From Asterias rubens (lineage: Eukaryota), in contig NC_047062.1 in assembly GCF_902459465.1 (NCBI RefSeq), positions 5,704,001-5,768,000 of the forward strand: a DNA stretch of 64,000 nt, written 5' to 3'. The notes beneath the pieces are model-generated. The model had not been told where the DNA came from and searched no databases. It worked only from the letters and a program-made list of their open reading frames with translations. The position numbers were made by a program, and so were the translations under genes. How positions within the stretch are numbered: position 1 is the stretch's first letter; every line of letters starts with the position of its first letter. Of this stretch, positions 39,701 to 51,700 are shown in pieces.

Positions 39701-42700
39701 TCCCCAAGGAGTACGGGAAAGCAAGATATAAAATCGCCTATGCGCGGCTTGGTATGTACAGCAAGCTCCGTGCTGTTGAAAAACCTAAGTATAATTCTGT
39801 GAATTTAATTACAAACTGTACATAATATAATTTTCGCCAAACATGTTTTAATGTGCTTTGCCTTTTGAAAGCCTGTGTATTATTATTATTCAACTATATT
39901 TGGTACAGTGTTTAGCTTCTGTGCTCATGGGTTTTAATTTTATAGCCAGAAATTAAATTTGACCACAGAGTTAAACCTGAGCTACATGCAACATGGGTTA
40001 CCAGGGGCCGTCTCTTCAGCTTGTTTTCTTCACTAAATATTTATAACAGGTTCAACTTCCCATTGAAACTTTAGCATTCTTTGTTACTCTTTTGTGGTTA
40101 TTGGCTGGTATAAATGTATTTATGTATATCTTGTACAATATGCTTTAATGTTTGCCATTTTTCCTCTTTGTGTGTTATAAAAGGTGTGAATCACGATTGA
40201 ACATATGTTCATGTTCACAGATTTGCCTATATCAACCATAAAGCATGGTCCGGGTGGAAAACATCCCTAATAATTTTTTTGTTTAGAAATGAGTGGAACA
40301 ATTTGTTAATCTCGTGAGTCCAAAATCCTTAAATTGAAATAAACTTATCGCATGTATAGTTAGGTATCTTGATCAACGGCAAACTATTACCAGGTTTGTG
40401 TTATTTCCAATTGGATCACGGAAAGTGCAAAAACTGATCTTCGATAATTGAGATCGGCGCGACGGACCTTTGCTGTCTATGCGGACGATTGATTGATTGA
40501 TTGAATGATTTCCTCGTGCTTTGATTTATTTTTAAATTGTTAATAGTGTTTGGTATTGTAAGACTTAAGAAACTATATAAAAGGAGATGATGTCAGACAT
40601 GGGAGACGCTTTCTTAAAATACACCATTGCATCAGTCTCATAACACAATGCGTCACACGCGTGATCGTTCCCAGGGGTGACACTTCCTACTAAAGGTCCA
40701 CGTGAGGTCCTGCTGGCGAACTATGTTTTGCACCAAATAACATTCTACAAAAACAACAGGATGTGTGTCATGTGTGCACATATACTGAATCTGCACGTGC
40801 TTGCATCGATCATCTTCTTTTTTTTTTCCATGCAGCGAATACATGGATCATTGAGTGCCTGCATACATTATAAAAGGCACTGGATACATTTGGTAATTGC
40901 CGAAGACCAGTATTCTCACTTGGTGTGTTCAAACATTATGCATTAGATAACAAATCTGTGGTAATTTGGACTCAAAATGTACAAGAGAATAACGAATATG
41001 AAAAAAACCACCCTTGTTGCACAAATGTTGCTTTCAGATGCCTATAATAAAAGGCTTCAAGCCTCAAGTATTTTTATTACTTTGAGTGAGAAATATCTTC
41101 CTCAGAAACTACGTTACTTTTAGAGGGAGCCGTATCTCACAATGTTTTATGCAATCAACAGCTTTTCATTGTTCTTTACCAAGCAAGTGTTTATGCTAAT
41201 AGTTTAAGTTATTACCAGTAGTGTCCAGTGCCTTTAAACTGAGCTGAACCTATGCTTACACTTTGCAACTCCAGGGTCATAATTTTAGTTTAGATTCTAT
41301 ACTTTTCGACAGGTTTCTGGTTAATTTTGACACAAATTCCAGATATAACGCTGTACCAGAAATGGGTCAAGCCCTTTGGGGCGAGTCAATTCTGACATGT
41401 GAGCTTTTTAGAATGTAATATAACTTCCATTAATACACGAGCAGAATGATGAATTCGACGAATGTTGAGAACACATACACGGTACTCTTTTAGACAGGAA
41501 ACATTACTTTATTTTGTTATTATAAAAAGTGACTATATTTGTGGGTGTATTATCAGTTGATGAGTCCTTGTGGGGATGAGATGAGAACTAAAATAGCTTC
41601 TTTTAAACACAAAGGTAGGAGCTTAGCCAAATTTATTTGTTCAAACCAGAAAGCACTCCAATACACTGAATTAACCTCAATAAGTTTTCTCATCTTATTG
41701 ACATTACTCACAGAGAGAGAAAGTGGTAAAGTGCTTATCTACCATCAAACAGACACAACACACCACGACTCTCAAAACACACACACAAGATCAGAAGGGA
41801 ATATTTCTCCTACACAATAAGAAGTAATCAAAGTATAGAGGTCAAGCAGCCAGCCATCGCTCTCAAGCAGGCATGAAGAAGACCCCCTCTTCCCCCGCTC
41901 ATCTCGAAGCTCTCTCTCCCTCCCAAGAGAAGCCATCTCGATATCTTTGATTGACCTAATCTAAGGGTAGAGGATCGAGTCCTATGCATTGCTGGATACA
42001 AATCTACTAACCCACACTCCCCAGCGGCGATCACCGATAACTGAATTCACATCACGAAACAACGGACACCAACAACTACAACGCATTCATATCAGCAACC
42101 ACTTTTTTCTCGTAGTCTCCTTCTGTATAACAAATTACAAGATGGTTGCAATTTCACGTTACAATCTTGTTTTATGTCTTCTTTGCATCCAATTTATGCC
42201 GTATCGCTTGATCTCCGAGAAGACGAGGACGCTTGGAGCGTTTAAGGGTATCCATGCGCGGACTTTGCGATAATATCTATGGAATGGTGAAAGGACAAGA
42301 TATCACTTGCTGTCACCGCCGTCAGTGATACAATGTTAATGGTCCTTGGAAATCAGCCCAAAGCTAAAGCATGAATTTAAATTTTCTACCTCTATCTCTA
42401 AAGGCGAAAATGAGTTGTGCTCTTTCACCAATATTTAGCGGTTACAGTTCTATAACGTGCTATACATCCTTTAATACTATACGATTTTACAATACCTTTT
42501 TTTAGATTTTCCCGCATGTAAAGCTTGTCTGAACCTTTTTTGACAGACTGAACCCTTTGGTTAAAGGAAAACGTTTTATTTCCCCCCCCATTATAGTCTA
42601 GCCTTCTCCACAACTATTAACATTTTCAGTGAATTTCACCTCTTTTTTTGTTAGATGTCTTTCTATGTTTGTCCGATCCTATCAGTGTGCATGTTTAATG

Positions 42701-45700
42701 ACTTTTGTGGCGAAGTAAAAGTACACCAATAACATCATGTAATAGGCAGTTCAAAGACAGAACACGGAATTAACCTGAAGGTTTCCACGAACCGTACACA
42801 TATTTAATTGAAAGTGCAAAATCATCCCGTGCGTTCTTTTCCATTTTACAAGGTTATTTCCCAAACCAGTGACATTTAACCGGTACAAGGCAACTTTAAA
42901 GTTTGTTCTGTGATTGTGAAAACGAAAGTGAGTTACCTAACGATTATAACACTCGAGTGTCTCATCCGCTCCCCAGAAACTCCCGTCAAAATCACCGACT
43001 TAGTCTTTTCCCCGGAATCACATATCCGTGCTGGAACCAAATTAATTTGTGCCAAGAAGGAATAAATGTGTTAAGCCGGTGTGCATGGAACGTCCATAAC
43101 CCAGAAGGGCTTTACGGACTCCAGGATGATTGAAAGATGACGAGTTCCCGTCCAGCTTTTGAAGAATAATCCACACAGATGCTTTATCAATGTCTAGGAG
43201 TATTAACTCCGTTCTGGGCATGGTCTCGCCGAGTGGAGGAGAAACTGCTGTTTTTACCATTAAGGACATTCTAGTCTGGTATCCTCAGATGAACATGATT
43301 CAAAATGGCCGCCAAGCCAAATTTTAATGTCGAACATGCTGCGTTTGCAAGATTGTTTTTTTTCTCACCGGAACACTTACGCTTAATACACCAATGAGGT
43401 TTAGAACAGAATATTGGAATTCAAAGTATGTATTGCACGTGTTTTGGTAACAATTGTCAACTGACATACGTTTGTGTTACTTAAAGATATGGACACTATT
43501 GGTAATGGTCATAGACCAGTCTTCTCACTTGGTGTATCTCAACATATGCATAAAATAACAAACCTGTGAAAATTTTAGCTAAATTAGTCATCAAAGTTGC
43601 GAGAAAAAACACCCTTTTCGCACGAAGTTGTGTACTTTCAGATGCTTGATTTCGATACCTCAAAATTCTAATTCTGAGGTCTCGAAATCAAATTCATGGA
43701 AAAATTACTTCTTTCTCAAAAACTACGTTACTTCAGAGGGAACCGTTCCTCACAACGTTTATACTATCAACATCTCTTTATACCAAGTAAGGTTTTACGC
43801 TATTAATTATTTTGATTAATTACCAATAGTGTCCACACTGCCTTAAATTGATTTACGAAAACTAATTGTAATACTGAGATACGGGTTATTTTCACAAAAA
43901 CGGTCTTTGTTTTGCAGGGTTTTTTTCATCAGATCAAAATCACGCGGAGAGTAGGCCTACACATGACAAATAATGTCGCACTTGAAAATATAAGATGGCA
44001 AAATTTCTGAAGACATTAGGAGCAGTTATCACACTCTTTGAAACCAAAACCTATCACGATCACGATCACTTACATCCACTGCACCGCAAATGTTTTGGAA
44101 ATGGTGTTCACATTTATGGTTCACAATGTTGCTTGGCGTACATGGGCCTTCTGATTTCACCCACCAAAAGGGCAAATAGAGATGGCATTATACCCCGTTT
44201 CAATTAGTGATAACCCTCATACATTTTCAGATAACGTCAATGCCATGAAGTCATTACAAAAAGATAACCGAAAAGCCATTTGAAAGTCACGGAGTGTCTG
44301 GTATCTGGGCGACCCACATTCACAATGGCACACAATGTTGATCATGCTACCATCGGGAATCAACAGGGACGACGCGCGTTTTACAATGGATATATATATT
44401 TATGCGAGACGACATTAAAGGCATTGGACACTATTGGTAATTGTCAAAGTCCAGTCTTCTCACTTGGTGTATCTCATCATATCCATAAAATAACAAACCT
44501 GTGAAAATTTGAGCTCAATCGGTCATCGAACTTGCGAGATAATAATCAAAGAAAAAAACACCCTTGTCACACGAAATTGTGTGCGTTCAGATGGTTGTTT
44601 TCAAGACCTCAAGTTCTAAATTTGAGGTCTCGAAATCAAATTCGTGGAAAATTACTTCTTTCTCGGAAATTATGGCACCTCAGAGGGAGCCGTTTCTCAC
44701 AATGTTTTGTACCATTAATCTCTCCCCATTACTCGTTACCAAGTAAGGTTTTATGCTAACAATTATTTTGAGTAATTATCAATAGTGTCCACTGCCTTTA
44801 ACTCAACACATTCTGTATATAGAGTGTATATTGGTGCTGATACATTTTGCCCTCAGCACACATTGGTATAACATTCCTCATCTGACAGTGCACCATTGGG
44901 AGATATCAAAATTGACAGGCAGCACGTGGCACTGCATCCTTTGGTGCACGGACTTGACCATCTCAACCCGGCAAGTGTATTCTTGTCTTGCTTGTAACTC
45001 AACACTGGTCAAAGTTTATGATTAAATAATGCTTGATTTATCTGATGTATCTGATTTAAAACCAAAAAGTTGTGCCCTTAATTTGTATTTTCCCCATCCG
45101 TTCGTTATTCTTCAAATCGGACGGGTGCTAATTTGTGAAAAACGGCAATGTGGACAGATTGGAGTTGACGCCATAGAACAATCACCAGGCTTAATAAGTC
45201 ACATCGATCAACTATAACGGTCGTTGTTTAATTGGATGAAAGTGCTGCATATAACTGTGTGTATTACTTCAAAATTGATCTGGAACTGGCGGCCACTCAG
45301 CTCTGTGGTCTGACCGGTGTGCCTATAGTCCCTGTTCGAAACTACGTCTGGGGCTTAGACTGTGACTTAGGCTGGCTCCGGCTTGGGCCCCGTCATCTCA
45401 TTTTAAATTGTGTGCTTTCGGCACGGAGCTTCAAACAATCCAGACCCGCGGTTTCGAAAAGGCCAAACTATATGCTATGGGGACACAGGTCGTCTCTCTT
45501 GTTTTCTCACCGCAGTATCATTCGTATAACATCTACGTGCCAATACCGTCGAGGCTCTTTCTCCCTATACCGATTGGGATTTAAACAAGCTGCACATGAA
45601 TTTATTTATCACAAGACTTAACGGGCACTTTAACAAGACGAATGGGTTTGCGTACAGAGGGTGACGTTAAAGCTTTTGGAGTTTACTTTAACCGAATGAA

Positions 45701-48700
45701 ATTTGATTGACTGTGACATCAGCACCAGTTTTACGCAGTCCTGATAATTTACCCGAAGGGTTGTTTCAGTGTGTGTTGGGGGGGGGGGGGCTGCACATAG
45801 CTCAAATGCTATGTATTTGCAACATACACAGTCACAACGATTTTGTAGGTAAAATGGCGGCAAGGTTTTTTTTCTGCCGTTGAGAATTGTCATTCTCAGA
45901 AATGTCATGAATTCTTTATTTAAAGGATTCCCTTTAAGAATCGATTCAGAAACAAAAATTCCCCATTGAAAAGCACAACGACAGTGCCTATTTTGATGTG
46001 TCAAAAAAATGCAAGCTGGCGTTGTCACTGAACTGAAATGAAATCCCAAAATGATGTGATCGCCTTCAGTTCGTCATTCCGATAACTGATATTTTAATCA
46101 TATGAATTGGATATTGGATCACTACCGGTCTCCACCAAAAATGAAAAATAAAATCTACATCCCCAAATCCACCAAAGTGTAAATCCTCGATGCAATACAT
46201 CTACGCGACTTGAATCTGATTCCTTGCGTAAACCGGTATCCGGAAAATCAAATGTTACCAAAATCGATGACACGACGGTAGTCACTATACACGCACGCGG
46301 TCGAACAAGCGGAAGAATTATTGCACAGGCGGCCCGAAACCCAAACGTGAATTAATAATGCGCTAGCATCCGCATTTATATCACGCGGGGAAAAAACATA
46401 ATCCAATTCGAGCGGCTTAGAGGGAAAACAATCGCCTCACGAATCAGAGGAATTTCTCTCTTAGAAATGCTTCTACGTATCCCACTTGATTTGACGTGAG
46501 ATGCTTGGATACGGGGTTTATAATGAAATACATCGACTTCTCGGTTTCTAGAAATGCACAGATAATTTCCTTTCCTTATATTATTTTTTTAAGAAAGTGT
46601 CAAACAAACTATTTTTCTTAGACTGGGTAACACGTGGTGAAAACAAAAAGTAGGAAACACGAATCAGGGCCCAATTTCACAGAGCTGCTTATAAAAAGTC
46701 ACCAAGCACAAACAAATTATGCTTACCAGAATAAGGCTACAGCCATGTCATAAATTGTGACTTTTATCCTGCTCATTTCTGCTAAGCAAAAGTATGCTAA
46801 ACAACTCTATGAAATTAGCCACTTGTATCAACACCTTTCGTCTTAGACGAAAGGCGCACTTTAAAAATATCCCTGAAGAATTTAACGTTGGTTTGACAGA
46901 TTGCTGTTTTATGTCAGCCCCCGAAAAAAAAATATGAGAAATTATGGTTGCATATTATAGTTCGCGTATTCTCACAATGAGCATCAAGCATCTGCTCCAG
47001 CCTGAACACTCGCAATTTCCAAGAGTCATCTCTGAATTCCTAAATTTCTCCTGCTAGCTGCATCATTATTCAAGATTGTTTGTAAGCTGGTAACGTCATT
47101 GCTTATAACGACGATATAATAATTCACTTATGTTCCCTGCTGTTTAACACCATGGGTGGGAAATCTGCAGGAATGCACGTATGTGGGTGCACACATTTTA
47201 AACTAATAATAAATTCAATTTCATATGCACTAACAAACAATATGATTTGAACATTAACATAAGCCTATACGTCTATATATATATATTTAAAGACCATAGG
47301 CACTATTGGTAATTGTCAAAGACCAGTCTTCTCACTTGGTGTATCTCATCATATGCATAAAATAACAAACCTGTGAAAATTTGAGCTCAATCGGTCGTCG
47401 AAGTTGCGAGATAATAATTAAAGAAAAAACACCTTGTCACACGAAGTTGTGTGCTTTCAGATGCTTGATTTCGAGACCTCAAAATTCTAAATCTGAGGTC
47501 TCGAAATCAATTTCGCGGAAAATAACTTCTTTCTGGAAAACTTCGTCACTTCAGAGAGAGCCGTATCTCACAATGTTTTATACTATCACCCTCTCTTCAT
47601 TACTCGTTACCAAGTAAGGTTTTATACTAATAATTATTTTGAGGAATTACCAATTAGTGTCATCTGCCTTTAAGATCTCTGAATAGTACAACCAGTGTGT
47701 TGTAAACAAAACCGTGTATAAATACTCTTCACATTTGTGATGTATTTTGTTTTACCTACGAGAACCAAATGTAATTAAGTTTGAGGCGCACAGCCTCTGA
47801 CAATACCAATCTTTCCAGCTTTTCAATATTACAGACAAGAGCATGTGAATTTAATGTCCCTTCCAAAAGAAATAAATGTCCGTTCGCTTTGACCGGCAAT
47901 AGGTACAGACATGATAGATTCCCAATTGAACAATTCTAACGCACAGTCATCAATTTGTCAAGGATTTGCAGAAAAGAAAAGAGTGGAAAGAAGACTCGAG
48001 ATGTTGTATGTAAAAGTGCAAGGACATACTAAGCTTCCAGGATCAATTGCAGAATTTATATTGGCAATCATAAATGCCATTCATTGTCACAACTGTGATC
48101 CATTATCCACTAGCGAGTGGAGAACCAGTGCTGAAATTTACAAACAATCAATTTGAGCGAGATTCAGTGTGCTCAAACAGAGACTCATTTTATTCCATAA
48201 GTTCAGTTTGCACAATTTATAATTTTGTCGGTTAAAATCATACAAAAAAAGTACATCGGATTGCTGCCCGACCACCACCGCTCATGGAACTTGTAATAAG
48301 GGAGCATTGAGCCCAACATTATGTTTTAAAATAAAGGGAGGATTGAGTTGTCTTTCTGTTAAAAATATGTTTGTTGGTGGTGCGCGTGTCTGTTTTTTTT
48401 TTTTTCTTTGATTTTTTTTTTTTTTTTTTTACTTTAAGCGACGTGAACCACAGATAATGACAACGCAAAGAGGCGCCGTAGGTCAGTTTGGATTTCAAGT
48501 GTTGTTTCGGCTTTCTCATAGTTCTGTAATCAATAAAAGTTGTCTAGTGACCGTGACGTCAACTTACGCTTTTATGCACATCCGGTATCGCGAGTTCTTT
48601 AAAAAGCACATTCATTGGATCCCTACGTAAAATCTCTGCACTGACGTCACTAACAGTCGATAAGGGGCCAGACTTTTTCATTAAATGCAATCTATAGATT

Positions 48701-51700
48701 ACGTCATAAACGGTTTAATACGGTATATCAGTGTGACTATAGGCTGATTACACAATTTCACACAAAACAATGCTGTGGCCAACAGGAATAATGCGCCCGA
48801 AATAAATCAAGTGTCCATATTGCCCACTCCCACTTGCACAGGCAAAGAAGGTATCCGTTGTACTTTTTGTTTACATACGTCAGGGGATGGGAACAGGTTG
48901 CCTTGGATCGGACGAGTTGGTCTATAAAAAGCGTTCGTAACCGTTTTTTATAAAATGCATATGGTTGGGAAAATGTTTTTAAAGTAGAATACAATGATCC
49001 ACACAATTTGCCTCGAAATTGCGAGGTTTTCCTTTTACTGTGCGAACTAAAACGGTCGGCCATTTATGGGAGTCAATTTGACTCCCATAAATGGCCGACC
49101 GTGTTAGTCGACGAGGTAAAAGGAAAACCGTGCAATTTCGAGGCTTGTTTGTCTGGATCATTGTATTCTACTTTAACAACATCTTTCTACCCACATGCAT
49201 TTTATAACAAACGGTTACAAACGCTTTTCAAAGACCAACTCGACCGATCCAAGGCAACGTGTTCCTTTAAACGTAATAACAACAACATCTTGGCGGTACA
49301 ATCGAACAGAGTTAAGGCTGACTTTACGTTGCAACTGTCACTGATATAGCTCGAACGTGACCAACACTCAAGCATAATTTGTCCCCAATGCAAATTTAAC
49401 ATTTATTAATTCAAAAAAGAAGATTCGATATATAGCCTCGGATCCCACCTGAGATACATGTCAATGGATTTTTTTACATGAGCCTTAAAGGTACTGACAG
49501 TGCTTATTTATATAAACTTTTATAACACACCTTACAAATATTCTGCCTGTTCATTGGTTTAGAGCGCGTAACATGACATGTCTTAGTTTTGCTAGACGAC
49601 GGCCGTGTGAGAGTGCATCGGTTTGCCGTGCGCTAGTCCGAGGACAATCACACGCGGCGTGCAGTACCCAGACGTCCGTTGCGTGTACGAGGATGATAAA
49701 TTAACAGTTTGTAACCATTTCGGATTGCACGACACTACATGCAACACAGTAAAAGTTTTTGCAATCTGTATTCGCGTCGTCCGTGGATTGTAGCATTCAG
49801 GTCTGTAACTTAAATTTAGACATGTTTGGGGTGTTATAAAACAAATATTGACTGCTTCTACTCGTGCAATGGTTAAAACTATGACTCCCGAGGTGATCCC
49901 CGGGGCGTTCATGAACGCTCCGGGGATCACCTCGAGAGTCATAGTTTTAACCATAGCACTCGAAGCAGTCAATATTTGTATAATGTAGGCCTACATTGGT
50001 GTAGTTTTTGAGAAATTTATTTAAGAGCTTGTGAGTCCGAAATGATTGAAAACATTGATAGAGGTTTGCACTATTTTGTCAGATAATAACAAATTGAACT
50101 TAACATTTCACAGTTTTTTTTTATTTCATGTAGTCCCTAAATGTTTTGTCACATAATGGGCAGATGCTACTTGTCTTGTGCAATTACAAATGTATGCGTG
50201 CTTCAAATGCACTGGTGGAAAGTTTGGTAATAATAGTCAAACTAGCCTTCTCACCTTGGTGTCTCCCAACATAGGCCTGTGAACATTTGGGCTCGAATGG
50301 TCATCGAAGTTGCAAGATATGGAAGAAACAACACCCTCGTTGCACAACTTTTACCATTCAGATGCATAATAAAAGACTTTAGACCGGAAGTATTTTATTA
50401 ATTGAGTGAGAAATTACCTCTTTCGAAAAAACTATGAAACTTCAGGTGGAGCCGTTTCTCGTGTTTTATACTATCAACAGCTATCTATATAAATTGCTCG
50501 TTACAAATTAAGTTTGTATGCTAATAATTGTTTTGGGTTATTAAACAGTTTCCAGTACCTTTAAACCGCACTTGGGTGTCACGCGTTGTCGTTTGATTAA
50601 TTTACTGTCAATCAATCAATCAATCAGTTTATTTCCACAGTATCAAACTCACAATCAATATCAAATCAAATGTCAATGAGCGTTGATTATACTATCCTCA
50701 TACTCCCCGAGGCCCACTTGCCGAAATTGAACCTTATTCCTCAAATATCATCCTCTACATATACTATGTTTGGACTTATAGGCAGTGGACACTATTGGTT
50801 TAATTACTCAAAATAATTATTAGCATACCTTTCTCGGTAACGAGTAATGGGGAGAGGTTGATAGTATCAAACATTGTGAGAAACGGCTCCCTCTGAAGTA
50901 ATGTAGTTTTCGAGAAAGAAGTTATTTTCCACGAATTTGATTTCGAGACCTCAGATTTAGAATTTGACGTCTCGAAATCAAGCATCTGAAAGCACACAAC
51001 TTCGTCTGACAATGGTGTTTTTTCTTTTGTTATTATCTCGCAACTTCGACGACCGATTGAGCTCAAATTTTCACAGGTTTATTATTTTATCCATAATGTT
51101 GAGATACACCAACTGTGAAGGCTAGTCTTTGACAATTACCAATAGTGTCCAATGGCTTTAATACATGGGCCTGGAATTCCCACCCAGTGCACCCCATAGG
51201 TATTTGAACCTACAGCCCTCTTTCCCTCTGAATCCTTCAAGGCTTCATTTCAGCAAAGAAGACTCAGAAGGATTTTGGAGGGCTGAGGTTAGTGTGCGAA
51301 GGGTTGACGACACAACACTCTCCAATATACGGCATGACAACTATCGTTCGTAATGTAAGTGTTAGTTGGTTCTAAACACTGAACAGGCCAGGCTTAGACA
51401 CTAAGGCTAAATCACTGTACTCCAATTATGTTCGGCATTGTGACGCCTATAGGTTAGAGACATTATCCCTATCTGGGAACAAGCTCAGGAATTTCTAAAC
51501 AACTCTGATAAAATGATCAACGAGGGACATGCCTGCGGTGGTTAAAATTATAAAGATACCGAGCATCACTGAAAGATAAAGGTCTATATACGTCTAGACG
51601 TTTCATGCAATGTAATCTGCGTGTCTTCAGAAGAGAAGACGCAGGCAATCTTCCTATAAACCACACCACCAACTATCTTCAGAAACAACAACAATATCTC

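Noticed and set aside
42900-43290. Coding-like segment containing WHKLIWF, reminiscent of retroelement zf-RVT
   Set aside because: Only a short word match amid stops, with no other RT features.
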